This document shows, in pieces, positions 9,031 to 18,467 of a stretch of 64,000 nucleotides of DNA. Below the pieces are notes generated by a model, which was not told the DNA's origin, ran no database searches, and was given only the letters and a program-made list of their open reading frames with translations. Every line of letters starts with the position of its first letter. The first letter of the stretch is position 1. Made by a program: the position numbers and the translations under genes. Source of the DNA: Parcubacteria group bacterium (lineage in GTDB: Bacteria > Patescibacteriota > Patescibacteriia > UBA1558 > GWA2-36-10); assembly GCA_003104935.1 (NCBI GenBank), contig PQAE01000004.1, forward strand, positions 6,835 through 70,834, read 5' to 3'.

Positions 9031-10741
9031 AAATAAAAGCAAAAAATTTTGGTTGGTATCAGTGGCGATATTTTTTGTCTTGTTTTTTATCCATTTATTT
9101 TTTTCCTTTAATAATAATACTCTCATTGCCTTGCCGGATGAGCTGGGTTATTGGGGACACGCGCGGTATCTAGCCGGAGGGTATCATCCGCATTTTTACA
9201 ATGCCGCTTTTTACAATTTTGGCTACTCTTTGATTATCTGGCCAGCCTTTATTTTGTTTCGTGAGCTCAATCAGATTCATCAGGCAGCGGTACTGATTAA
9301 TAATATTTTGATGGCCCTTATTATTTTTCCGACCTATTATATTGTTCGGCATATTTATAACTGTGAAATAAAATTGGCCCTAGCTATCGCTTTTGTGGTC
9401 AGTCTTTATCCTAGTTTTTTGGCCCAGACAAATTTTATTATGTCTGAAAACATCCTTATACCAGCCTACTTGATGTTAATTGTTTTTTTGTACCAGTGGC
9501 TGCAAAAGAACAGCTTATTTCATTTAGTTTTATTTTCGTTGGATTCTGTATTTTTGTTCGCTATCCATCCTCGGGCCGTGCTGATGCCAGCACTGGTTGT
9601 GACGCTATTATTGATCTTGATATTTTTTAAAAAAATTAGTAAACGATTTTTTTGGATCGGCCTAGGGACTTTAGTGTTTTCTCTAGGAATAGTAGTTTTG
9701 GTTAATCGGCATCTGGCTGCGGTGGGTTGGAGCACGGTGAACAGTTTTAATTTGGTCAAATTAATACCCACTTTTTTTTCCGGGACCGGTCTGCTTTTAT
9801 TTTTTTCGGCTATACCCGGCCAATTATTGTATTTACTAATTGGCAGCTTTGGTCTTTTTGCTTGGGGCGCGTATTATCTCTGGAAAAAAATAACGGACAA
9901 CTATGGCCGATTGTCTCTGCGGGAGATTTTAGCCGATAATAAAAAAATAGCCATAGCTTTTGTGTTATTTAGCTCTTTGTTGATTCTAATGATATCTTGG
10001 GTATTGCCGATTTTCGCCAATGCCAACGGTAGCTTACGGGCCGATCACATATTTTATGGCCGCTATAATGAGGGTTTTGTTATTTTTTATTTGACGGCTG
10101 GATTAGCGGCCTTATTTGATAAAAGCATAAAGAAATCCTACCATATTTTATGGTTATTTTTATTGGCCTGGCCAGTCAATTATGTTTATGATTTACTAAA
10201 TAAGTTGATTTCGGTGAGTACCTTCAATATTTGGGCCATAACGCCCCTGTTTTATTTATCTGGTCAAAAAAACATTGTTTTAGTTGCTGTTTTTGCAGCT
10301 ATGATCACTATAGCTCTGAGGTTTTCAGCTAGCCATAATTTTAAAGTAACTTTCTTTATATTGTGTACATTTTTTTTATCTTTTGCGGCAGTAAATAGAC
10401 AGATGCTCTTGGAGGGACGGCAGCGTTTTTATCAAGCGGCAGATTTTTCCACGACTCGGTATTTAGAAAAAGCCGGCGATATCTACCAGCTTAGTTTTGA
10501 CATGAGTTTTAACGGCAAAGATCAACCTAATTGGGCCACCTGGTATATCTCCGCCTATGCTTATCAGTATTATTTACCACAAATAAAGTTTGAACAATTT
10601 TATAGTTCTAAAGCGGATATTCCTAAGGGTCCCTATGTACTTAGCCGTCCGGATTGGTCACAGGCCCGAGCGTTAAAGGCGGAAATGGTATTTCAGGACG
10701 ATGCGATCGGTCAGGCTCTCTGGCGTCTGCCCGTTAATTAA
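9008..10741 (+). CDS. GT-C fold membrane glycosyltransferase (PMT/ArnT-like, GT39/GT83-type)
   Basis: 577 aa with >10 predicted TM segments. The first extracytoplasmic loop carries a DE motif (ALPDELGYWGHARY) as in Pmt/ArnT enzymes. Adjacent to the Dpm1-like GT2. Confidence 0.5.
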   Translation: MSLGKMFRNKSKKFWLVSVAIFFVLFFIHLFFSFNNNTLIALPDELGYWGHARYLAGGYHPHFYNAAFYNFGYSLIIWPAFILFRELNQIHQAAVLINNILMALIIFPTYYIVRHIYNCEIKLALAIAFVVSLYPSFLAQTNFIMSENILIPAYLMLIVFLYQWLQKNSLFHLVLFSLDSVFLFAIHPRAVLMPALVVTLLLILIFFKKISKRFFWIGLGTLVFSLGIVVLVNRHLAAVGWSTVNSFNLVKLIPTFFSGTGLLLFFSAIPGQLLYLLIGSFGLFAWGAYYLWKKITDNYGRLSLREILADNKKIAIAFVLFSSLLILMISWVLPIFANANGSLRADHIFYGRYNEGFVIFYLTAGLAALFDKSIKKSYHILWLFLLAWPVNYVYDLLNKLISVSTFNIWAITPLFYLSGQKNIVLVAVFAAMITIALRFSASHNFKVTFFILCTFFLSFAAVNRQMLLEGRQRFYQAADFSTTRYLEKAGDIYQLSFDMSFNGKDQPNWATWYISAYAYQYYLPQIKFEQFYSSKADIPKGPYVLSRPDWSQARALKAEMVFQDDAIGQALWRLPVN

Positions 10742-11795
10742 AATGGAAAAAGACCGTGTCGCCGTCGGCCATAATATATTCTTTACCTTCCATGCGGATT
10801 AGTCCTTTTTCTTTAGCCTGATTCCAACCGCCGGCACTTAGCAATTCCTCCCAGCCGACTATCTCGGCGCGGATAAATCCTTTTTCAAAATCCGTGTGGA
10901 TCACACCGGCGGCTTGGGGAGCTTTACTACCGCGGCTGACAGTCCAAGCCTTGGTCTCCATGGGTCCGGTCGTTATAAAAGTAATTAAGTCAAGCAGTTT
11001 ATAACTAGTAGTGATCAGGTTATCCAGTCCGCTGTGAGCTACACCCAGCTGCTCTAAATATTCTTTAGCTTCCTCCGCAGATAATTCCGCCAGCTCGGCT
11101 TCGATCTTGGCGCAGATAGCCAGACTATTGGCCGGCAATTGTAAGTCCTGACTGAGCTGGTCTTCACTAATATTGTAGAGATAGATAATCGGCTTGGTAG
11201 TCAGTAAATTTAGCGGTTTAATTATTTTTTTCTCCTCCGTACTCAAATCTAAAGTATTAATCAACTGGTTCTGATCCAAGGCATTTTTTATTTTTTCTAT
11301 GGCAGCGTACTCTACTTCGGCGATTTTGTCGTGACTGCTTTTTAACTTGTCCTTAGCTTTGGATAAAAATTTTCCCACAGTCTCCAGATCAGCCAGGACT
11401 AGTTCCGTGTTGATAATCTCCTTGTCATATTCCGGATCCACCTTACCGTGGACATGGATGACATTATCATCATTAAATTTTCGCACTACCTGGACAATAG
11501 CATCAACTTCGCGGATATGAGTGAGGAATTTATTACCCAAGCCCTGGCCTTCGGAAGCGCCCTTGACTAGTCCAGCGATGTCCACAAATTCTATAGTAGT
11601 GGGGACCACTTTTTCCGACTTAGATATGACTGCTAATTTACTGAGCCGTTCGTCCGGCACGGCCACTACACCCACATTGGGGTCGATAGTACAAAAAGGA
11701 TAATTGAAAGCATCGACCTTATTTTTAGTTAAGGCCTGGAAAAGTGTTGATTTGCCTACGTTCGGTAGGCCGACGATGCCAAGGGAAAAAGACAT
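10734..11795 (-). CDS. ychF: ribosome-binding ATPase YchF
   Basis: [24 protein letters not shown]1 motif, TGS domain at the C-terminus. Start taken at the internal ATG 11795; the 18-aa extension of the track ORF is not conserved. Confidence 0.9.
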   Translation of the reverse strand: MSFSLGIVGLPNVGKSTLFQALTKNKVDAFNYPFCTIDPNVGVVAVPDERLSKLAVISKSEKVVPTTIEFVDIAGLVKGASEGQGLGNKFLTHIREVDAIVQVVRKFNDDNVIHVHGKVDPEYDKEIINTELVLADLETVGKFLSKAKDKLKSSHDKIAEVEYAAIEKIKNALDQNQLINTLDLSTEEKKIIKPLNLLTTKPIIYLYNISEDQLSQDLQLPANSLAICAKIEAELAELSAEEAKEYLEQLGVAHSGLDNLITTSYKLLDLITFITTGPMETKAWTVSRGSKAPQAAGVIHTDFEKGFIRAEIVGWEELLSAGGWNQAKEKGLIRMEGKEYIMADGDTVFFHFN

Positions 11796-11940
11796 AATTT
11801 TTTTCAATAATAACGAGACTATTAAAACACACAAACACCAAAATGACAACCCGCTTGGTTTGACTTGCCTTTTATTTGGTGTTAAATTGAGTCGTCGGTT
11901 TAGTTCTCTGCAAACTGAGGTCCGTTGTGCGGGAGGTAGT

Positions 11941-12384
11941 GTGGTGACCAGAAAAATCGTCCTGGCGGGAAATGTCTCGGTGTTGGTGATTATGATCGTC
12001 CCGCTGATAATTCTGTGGACCGGGGAATCCGCGCAAAAAAGAGAGCATGCTCAGGAGCAAGATCAAATCGCCCAGGCCTACTCGGTGCAAAATGCGGTGG
12101 AGCACTACATCTATATCAATCACGGAAAATATCCGCGGACCGTCAATCAGAAAGGTTTTCGTGGCCATGTGTTCTGTGATTATCTGCCCGGTCAGAGGAA
12201 ACTGCGTAATCTGGCTACCGATCAAGCCAGCGAACCGCGCGACTATGCGGAGCTGACCTTAAACAAGGTAGCTGACCCTTACGCTATCTACTATCGTTAC
12301 TTTCCTCGGGAAAGAAAATACGCCATCTATTGTTATGGCGGCTATCCGGCTCAACCCTTGCTAGTTTTGCAAGGGAAAAAGTGA
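11941..12384 (+). CDS. hypothetical signal-anchored small protein (possibly pilin/pseudopilin-like fold)
   Basis: GGGAGG lies 4 nt upstream of GTG 11941. N-terminal TRK then hydrophobic IVLAGNVSVLVIMIVPLIILW. The upstream part of track ORF 11704-12384 overlaps the ychF start and is rejected. Tyr/Pro-rich C-terminal part. No prepilin GFTLIE motif. Confidence 0.35.
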   Translation: MVTRKIVLAGNVSVLVIMIVPLIILWTGESAQKREHAQEQDQIAQAYSVQNAVEHYIYINHGKYPRTVNQKGFRGHVFCDYLPGQRKLRNLATDQASEPRDYAELTLNKVADPYAIYYRYFPRERKYAIYCYGGYPAQPLLVLQGKK

Positions 12385-12396
12385 GCTAAGACAAAC

Positions 12397-12438
12397 GCCT
12401 CCACTTTCTTTTTAGAAAGTGGAGGCTGCTTTTTTATT
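12397..12438 (+). terminator. rho-independent terminator
   Basis: GCCTCCACTTTC-ttttta-GAAAGTGGAGGC perfect 12-bp stem followed by TGCTTTTTTATTT. Confidence 0.7.
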
Positions 12439-12469
12439 TCTCTGGTATAGGTTATAATTCTTTTGCTAT

Positions 12470-12577
12470 ATGAATCCCGTTAGAAATTTAAACTAATCTT
12501 TATTAGTCAATATAATAGCGGGTTAAAACAAAAAGAATATTTTAAAGCTTAGTAAATTCGTAAATTTCTAACGGGAT
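12470..12577 (+). promoter_or_regulatory. structured leader with mini-uORF overlapping the uvrD start: 16-bp inverted repeat ATCCCGTTAGAAATTT (12474-12489) / AAATTTCTAACGGGAT (12562-12577) sequestering the start codon
   Basis: TATAAT at 12454-12459. uORF ATGAATCCCGTTAGAAATTTAAACTAA (MNPVRNLN*) runs 12470-12496. The 3' arm contains the uvrD ATG at 12576. A related element is upstream of dnaG. Confidence 0.55.
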
Positions 12578-14597
12578 GAAGCATATTGATTTTAAAAAAG
12601 AGCTCAATGAGGAGCAATATAAGGTAGTGACAGCCGGTAGCGGAGCGCATTTGGTCTTAGCCGGTGCCGGTAGCGGTAAGACGCGGACTTTGGTTTACCG
12701 TGTGGCCTGGCTTTTAGAGCAGGGGGTTAAGCCAGATAAAATATTACTACTTACTTTTACCAATAAAGCGGCGAGTGGCATGATGAATCGGGTTCGGGAA
12801 ATCCTGGGGTATAGAGAAAATCAAAAATTGATTCTCTGGGGCGGAACTTTTCATGCTATTGCCAATAGATTATTGCGCCAGTACGGAAAATATATAAATA
12901 TTGCACCAGATTTTACCATAATTGATGCGGATGATTCTGAAAGATTGATTAAAATTATTTGCAAGGAAATCCTAGGGGATATTAAAGATGCGCGACGACC
13001 TTCGCCGGGTATTATTAAAGAAGTGATTAGCTTTGCGGCCAACGCCAAGATTGATCTAGAAGAAAGTCTGGACAGAAAGTTTAGCGATTGGTCCGGCTGG
13101 CTGCCGGATCTGCAAAAAGTGGCGGCCGAATATGAACGCCGCAAGACTATGTCCAATGTTTTAGATTTTGATGATCTACTGACTAAGTGGTTGGAGCTGA
13201 CCCGCCACCCGGAGGCCGGTAAGAAACTGGCTGATAAGTGGGAGCACATCCTGGTCGACGAATATCAGGATACCAATACGGTGCAGGCGGAAATTATCTA
13301 TAACCTCAGCCGGCACATTAAAAATGTTTTAGTGGTAGGGGACGACGCGCAAAGCATTTACTCTTTCCGAGCGGCGGATGTGGCCAATATTTTAGAGTTT
13401 CCGGAAAGATTTAAAAACACCCAGATCCACAAGCTGGAAACTAATTATCGCTCCAGCCCGGAAATATTAAAACTAGCTAACTCTATTTTCACCGCCCAGG
13501 ATCAGCAGTTTGTCAAAAATTTAAAGGCCATCAAAGACAGCTGTATCTTGCCTCAGCTGGTCGCCCTGCGCAGTAATCAGGAAGAAGCTTGGTTTGTAGT
13601 GGAGCGCATCCGGGATTTACTGGAGGAAGGGGTATCGCCGCGCAATATCGCTGTGCTTTTCCGGGCCGCATCAAATAGTCAGGCTTTAGAATTAGAACTA
13701 AACAAAAGAGGAATAAATTACGAAATGCGCGGCGGACTAAAGTTTTTTGCCCGGGCGCATATCAAAGATATCTTGTCTTTTATAAAAATTTTAGGAAATT
13801 GGCGGGACGAGATTTCCTGGTTGCGTATATTACAAATGTACGAAGGCATCGGGCCGATCACGGCGCAACAGATTTTTCAACGTTTTAAAGAATATAAAGA
13901 TTTTCCCGAGTTACTGCAGGCAAAAATAATTTTGGCCGATAAAGCCGGTAAAAGCTGGTCAAAAATCTCCTCAGTTTTTGAACAACTGGAAAAGTTAAAA
14001 GGACATAATTTGCGGGAGCTGATCGAAGTGGTGTTGGCCGAATATACCGACTATCTGACCGCTACCTATAGCGATTTTAAACAGAGAGAGGACGATTTGG
14101 AGCAGTTAGCGCTTTTTGCCACGGGTTATGATAATCTGGAAATATTTTTAAATGAAATTAGTTTGCAGGAAAGCTTTAGCGGCCAGGAAGCCAGTAACGG
14201 CCAGAAGGACGCCATTATTCTCAGTACGGTCCATCAGGCCAAGGGGCTAGAGTGGGATGCGGTCTTTATCATTAATCTGACCAATCAGTCCTTCCCACAC
14301 CCCTTATCATCCAGCCCAGCTGAAGAAGCTGAAGAAAAGAGATTGTTTTATGTGGCCGTTACCCGAGCGATTCGGCATCTGTATCTGTGTTACCCTTTAG
14401 CCGTATTTCGCTATGATGGTCAGCAAAGTATGGGTCCCTCGCCATTTATTACTCAACTGGAAAGTAGTCTATTTCGGCGTAATGATCTAGCCCGCACTAC
14501 CCTTAATCGCAGTGCCGAGGGTGTGGAGTATGTCATCGACCCGGATTATAAAGACCACGACAGTGACGGATTTTTACCCGATGTTAGTGTCTGGTAA
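12576..14597 (+). CDS. uvrD: UvrD/PcrA-family ATP-dependent DNA helicase
   Basis: 673 aa. LNEEQYKVVTAGSGAHLVLAGAGSGKTRTLVYRVAWLL Walker A, plus DEYQDTN, VGDDAQSIYSFRAA and TVHQAKGLEWDAVF helicase motifs. Confidence 0.9.
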   Translation: MKHIDFKKELNEEQYKVVTAGSGAHLVLAGAGSGKTRTLVYRVAWLLEQGVKPDKILLLTFTNKAASGMMNRVREILGYRENQKLILWGGTFHAIANRLLRQYGKYINIAPDFTIIDADDSERLIKIICKEILGDIKDARRPSPGIIKEVISFAANAKIDLEESLDRKFSDWSGWLPDLQKVAAEYERRKTMSNVLDFDDLLTKWLELTRHPEAGKKLADKWEHILVDEYQDTNTVQAEIIYNLSRHIKNVLVVGDDAQSIYSFRAADVANILEFPERFKNTQIHKLETNYRSSPEILKLANSIFTAQDQQFVKNLKAIKDSCILPQLVALRSNQEEAWFVVERIRDLLEEGVSPRNIAVLFRAASNSQALELELNKRGINYEMRGGLKFFARAHIKDILSFIKILGNWRDEISWLRILQMYEGIGPITAQQIFQRFKEYKDFPELLQAKIILADKAGKSWSKISSVFEQLEKLKGHNLRELIEVVLAEYTDYLTATYSDFKQREDDLEQLALFATGYDNLEIFLNEISLQESFSGQEASNGQKDAIILSTVHQAKGLEWDAVFIINLTNQSFPHPLSSSPAEEAEEKRLFYVAVTRAIRHLYLCYPLAVFRYDGQQSMGPSPFITQLESSLFRRNDLARTTLNRSAEGVEYVIDPDYKDHDSDGFLPDVSVW

Positions 14598-14649
14598 TAA
14601 TCTGTGATTTAGGGTAAAATTTGATAGTAATTTTTTATCATCCGCAGGC

Positions 14650-15441
14650 ATGGAAAATAAAAAAGATATTATTGTCTTGGATTTAGAGACCAAGAAAACA
14701 TTTGACGAAGTGGGCGGACAGCACAACCGGCATCTTTTGGGCGTATCCTTGGTCGGCATCTATTCTTTTAACCGGGATAAATACAAGGGTTTTAAAGAAG
14801 AGGAGTTTGGCGAACTTTTAAAATTATTACAAGATACAGAATTAGTTATTGGCTTTAACAGCAAGAGTTTTGATTTTGAAGTGTTGCAACCATATTTTAA
14901 GGATTTTGATTTAAAGACGGTTCCGCACTTAGATATATTGGAAGAAATAGTTTATGCTCTAGGTCATCGCCTGAAATTGGAAACAGTCGCCCAAAGCACC
15001 TTGGGCTATGGCAAGTCAGGCAGTGGTCTGGATGCTATTATGTATTTTAGAAATAATGATTGGGACAAACTGGTCAAATATTGTTTGGATGACGTCAAGG
15101 TGACCAAGGAGGTTTATGAGTATGGGCTAAATCATGGTTATATCTGGTATCAAAATGCCGGACAAAAGGAAAAAATAATGGCCCGTTGGCGCAAAAATGA
15201 AAACACCAGCATACCGCAAATAGTAACCGAGGCTTTACAAAAAGGCGATCAGCTGGAAATAGAATATATGGATGACAATGGACAGGTGACCAACCGGAAA
15301 GTTGACATTCAGCAGATAAATGGAGATAAGATTAAAGCTTATTGCCATTTGCGTCAGGCCTTGCGCGTTTTTGATCTGGCTAAAATAAAAAAAGCCACGG
15401 TGGTGGGTAAGATGGACTCTTGGCAAAAGAGTTTGCTATAA
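14650..15441 (+). CDS. DEDD-type (DnaQ-like) 3'-5' exonuclease fused to a C-terminal WYL-like domain
   Basis: Exo motifs I IVLDLETKK, II IGFNSKSFDFEVL and III YCLDDVKVTKEVYEY. The C-terminal ~75 aa (IEYMDDNGQVTNRKVDIQQI...KIKAYCHLRQALRVFDLAKI) fit the WYL pattern (Y..G.t.R.v.P..i....yl.a.c...R.F.l..I). Confidence 0.5.
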   Translation: MENKKDIIVLDLETKKTFDEVGGQHNRHLLGVSLVGIYSFNRDKYKGFKEEEFGELLKLLQDTELVIGFNSKSFDFEVLQPYFKDFDLKTVPHLDILEEIVYALGHRLKLETVAQSTLGYGKSGSGLDAIMYFRNNDWDKLVKYCLDDVKVTKEVYEYGLNHGYIWYQNAGQKEKIMARWRKNENTSIPQIVTEALQKGDQLEIEYMDDNGQVTNRKVDIQQINGDKIKAYCHLRQALRVFDLAKIKKATVVGKMDSWQKSLL

Positions 15442-15580
15442 TTATTTTTATAAATTTTTTGGACCGAGTGACCACCAGAATCATCATTTCCGCGCATGCG
15501 GGAATCCCAATCCTCAGAGAATTGAGATGCCGGACTAAAGCCGGAATGACAATAAAAGGTCAGCTTCGGCCGACCTTAAT

Positions 15581-16420
15581 TTACTTTTTATTTCTTTCCG
15601 CTAACTTCACAGTATTATAAAGCAACATCGCCACAGTCATCGGTCCGACACCTCCTGGCACAGGTGTAATGTGCGAGACTTTTTCAAAAACTCCGCTGTA
15701 GTCCACGTCGCCCACAGTATATTTATCGTCAATTTTATTAGTGCCAACATCGATCACTATCGCCCCATCTTTGACCATCTCTTCAGTGATAGCAAAAGCT
15801 TTACCAATAGCTGTAATTAAAATATCAGCGGTTAGAGTTTTGTCCTTGAGACTTTTTTCTGTGGGAGAAACTATTTCTGTAACAACATCCTGATCGTTTA
15901 ACAATTTAGCTAAAGGTCGGTAAAGTATCTGGCTCTTGGCCACAATGACCGCCTTTTTTCCGTTTAAGTTTTCGCCGGTAGATTTTATGAGTTTAATTAT
16001 GCCGAGAGGTAACCCAGGAATAAAGTCGGTTTGCTGAGCCAAGAATTTTTCAATATTTTTTGCATGAAAACCGTCCACATCTTTGGTCGGATCAATAGCC
16101 GAAACTATTTTATCAGTGTCCAGGCCGGCGGGTAAAGGTAGTTGGACCAAGATCGCATCTATTTCTGAATCATTATTTAAAAAGTTTATAGTTTCTAATA
16201 CCTTAGTTTCACTACTGTCCGCCGCTAATAGATATTCATGAAAAGCAATGCCAATTTTCTGGCAGGCTTTCTTTTTCAGGCCGACATAGAGGCGGGAGGC
16301 GGGATCATTACCAACCAAAACGACAGCTAAATTGGGATTTAGTTTTTTAGCAGTGATTTCTTTGGTTAGCTCAGCTTGGATCTCTTCGGCCAAAGCTTTG
16401 CCGTCTATGATTTTAGGCAT
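15581..16420 (-). CDS. folD: bifunctional methylenetetrahydrofolate dehydrogenase/cyclohydrolase FolD
   Basis: 279 aa. MPKIIDGKALAEEIQAEL start, VILVGNDPASRLYV and ITPVPGGVGPMTVAML motifs. Confidence 0.92.
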   Translation of the reverse strand: MPKIIDGKALAEEIQAELTKEITAKKLNPNLAVVLVGNDPASRLYVGLKKKACQKIGIAFHEYLLAADSSETKVLETINFLNNDSEIDAILVQLPLPAGLDTDKIVSAIDPTKDVDGFHAKNIEKFLAQQTDFIPGLPLGIIKLIKSTGENLNGKKAVIVAKSQILYRPLAKLLNDQDVVTEIVSPTEKSLKDKTLTADILITAIGKAFAITEEMVKDGAIVIDVGTNKIDDKYTVGDVDYSGVFEKVSHITPVPGGVGPMTVAMLLYNTVKLAERNKK

Positions 16421-16428
16421 AATATTTT

Positions 16429-16514
16429 GCTATTGCGAGGACCCTGGACCATATGGTGCAGGGGACGAAGCAATCCCAATGAGATTGCCGCGCCCTTTCG
16501 GGCTCGAAAAGCGG
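16429..16514. repeat. structured intergenic repeat, copy A of the ATTGCGAGG...GCAATC...GATTGC...CGCCC...GGGCTCG family
   Basis: Lies between the glyA stop and the folD start. Shares ATTGCGAGG, a variable hairpin (CCCTGGACCATATGGTGCAGGG), GCAATC-loop-GATTGC and CGCCC-loop-GGGCTCG with copies at 34348-34422 and 37285-37356. Confidence 0.6.
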
Positions 16515-16515
16515 A

Positions 16516-17781
16516 TTAATTTAATTCCGGATACAGCGGAAACTCATCCATCAAATTAAGTATTTTCTTTTTATTTTCTGGTGTGGCTTGTTTAGACTTG
16601 AGACTATCAATAATAATTTCCGCGATCACAGCTATATCTTTTTCTTTCAGCCCGCGGGTGGCCAGGGCGGCCGTACCCAGCCGGATGCCAGAAGGATCCA
16701 TGGGCTTACGCTGGTCAAAAGGGATCATATTTTTATTAGTGTAGATATTGACACTATCCAGAAGAGTTTCCGCTTCCTGACCGGAGAGCCCTACGGTGGT
16801 GACGTCTAACATTAGCAGATGATTATCAGTGCCACCAGAGACCATTCTAATGTCGGCTTCTCTGAATTTATTTTCTAGAATTTTGCAATTAGTCAAAATT
16901 TGTTTTTGATAATCCACGAAATCAGAACTCAGTGCCTCGCCAAAAGCTACGGCCTTGGCCGCCACGATGTGTTCTAGCGGTCCACCCTGCATGCCCGGAA
17001 AAACAGCCGAGTCAATTTTTTGGGCCAGGTTTTTTTTATCTTCCGGATTCAGGCGGTCGGCTATTTTGGACAAAATAATGGCGCCGCGCGGTCCGCGTAA
17101 AGTCTTGTGCGTAGTAGTAGTGACTACATCGGAGACCGGTATGGGATCGGGGTGTAATTTCGCGGCCACCAGTCCGGCGATGTGAGCCATATCCACCATC
17201 AGATAAGCGCCGACCTCATCGGCTATTTTTTTAAATTCAGCAAAATCAATTTTCCGGGAATAAGCCGAGGCACCGGCCAAAATAATTTTTGGTTTATGTT
17301 CCTGGGCTAATTTTCTGACTTCAGCAAAATCAATCAGCTCGGTTTCTTTATTTACTCCGTAGTGAATAAAATTGTAAAATTTACCGGAAAAATTAACCGG
17401 ATGTCCGTGCGTCAGATGTCCGCCATGGGCCAGAGAAAAACCGAGGATAGTGTCGCCCAGATTGGCCAGAGCAAAATAGGCTTCGGCATTGGCCTGACTG
17501 CCGGCATGGGGCTGGACATTGGCATGCTCGGCACCAAATAGCTGTTTGGCTCTATTTATAGCCAGTGCTTCGGCCTGATCGATAAATTCATTGCCGCCAT
17601 AGTAGCGTTTGCTGGGGTAACCCTCAGCATATTTATTGGTTAGCACCGAACCGGCCGCTTCCAAGACGGCCAGGGACACAAAATTTTCCGAGGCGATCAT
17701 TTCCGCACCCTGGCGTTGGCGCTGTAGTTCGGCGGCGATAATTTTAGCAATGGCCGGGTCTGATTTTTCCAGATACTTCAT
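16516..17781 (-). CDS. glyA: serine hydroxymethyltransferase
   Basis: 421 aa. IASENFVS, the PLP-lysine region [14 protein letters not shown], and YPSKRYYGG. Confidence 0.95.
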   Translation of the reverse strand: MKYLEKSDPAIAKIIAAELQRQRQGAEMIASENFVSLAVLEAAGSVLTNKYAEGYPSKRYYGGNEFIDQAEALAINRAKQLFGAEHANVQPHAGSQANAEAYFALANLGDTILGFSLAHGGHLTHGHPVNFSGKFYNFIHYGVNKETELIDFAEVRKLAQEHKPKIILAGASAYSRKIDFAEFKKIADEVGAYLMVDMAHIAGLVAAKLHPDPIPVSDVVTTTTHKTLRGPRGAIILSKIADRLNPEDKKNLAQKIDSAVFPGMQGGPLEHIVAAKAVAFGEALSSDFVDYQKQILTNCKILENKFREADIRMVSGGTDNHLLMLDVTTVGLSGQEAETLLDSVNIYTNKNMIPFDQRKPMDPSGIRLGTAALATRGLKEKDIAVIAEIIIDSLKSKQATPENKKKILNLMDEFPLYPELN

Positions 17782-17885
17782 AATTTTCCCTAATATTAAA
17801 GTATATTTAGTGTAGCATAAAGAAAAGATAAAAAGAAAGACCTAAGCGAGCCGGGCCCGATTAGGTCTTTCCAAGGGCTAGTAAC

Positions 17886-18350
17886 CTATTTACTTGGCAT
17901 TTTTTTAGCCCTAGTAAGTAGCTCTACTTCCAAAAAACGCCAGTAGCGGCCTCTCTTGATGGCACCCTTGATCTGGTTGGCTCGCGCCAACTTTATTATT
18001 TTCCTGGGAGAAAGTCCGGTCAGTTCGGCCGCTTGGCGACTATCGAGCAGTCGGCCGTGATTTCGGCGACACTGCTCGCGGTGGTGGGCGTTGGAAAAAT
18101 CGGTATAAAGATTGAGCAACTCTATCCGCATTTCCCCCAGATTGGCGCCGCAGTCTTCCACCAATGCCGTGAAGTTAATGGACACGGGCAGTTTTCCGCC
18201 GTGCTTGACGATCGGCACGTAGATCTCGATTATACGCATCGATTTCAGGTAGCGGTGTTGTAGAGGTCCCTTGCCTGCCAGATCCAGCAGAAAGGAAATA
18301 AATAATTCCCTTTCACTAATAGAGAGCTGGTGGACCCAGTCAAGTTTCAA
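17886..18350 (-). CDS. DNA-binding protein with C-terminal excisionase/MerR-type helix-turn-helix
   Basis: The C-terminal LLDSRQAAELTGLSPRKIIKLARANQIKGAIKRGRYWRF matches the HTH_17 excisionase-family pattern. N-terminal domain unassigned. Lies directly downstream of elp3 on the same strand. Confidence 0.45.
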   Translation of the reverse strand: MKLDWVHQLSISERELFISFLLDLAGKGPLQHRYLKSMRIIEIYVPIVKHGGKLPVSINFTALVEDCGANLGEMRIELLNLYTDFSNAHHREQCRRNHGRLLDSRQAAELTGLSPRKIIKLARANQIKGAIKRGRYWRFLEVELLTRAKKMPSK

Positions 18351-18467
18351 TTTGTCGCCTCCTCTTTGGAAAAAAAGTTCAGGTACGATATGGTCCCGAC
18401 CGACCAGATGGTTAGACGGGCTAAAACAGAAATATTAAACAGCAGTCATGCAACTTTGTCAAGAGAA

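Noticed and set aside
11704-11940. N-terminal two-thirds of track ORF 11704-12384
   Set aside because: It overlaps the ychF start and promoter on the opposite strand. A GGGAGG-GTG start at 11941 gives a sensible signal-anchored protein.
15442-15580. Possible small ncRNA between convergent genes (hairpins TTCCGCGCATGCGGGAA, CCGGACTAAAGCCGG, GGTCAGCTTCGGCCGACC)
   Set aside because: I could not match any known RNA family by eye. It is most simply explained as stacked bidirectional terminators for the two convergent genes, and I note it as low-confidence only.
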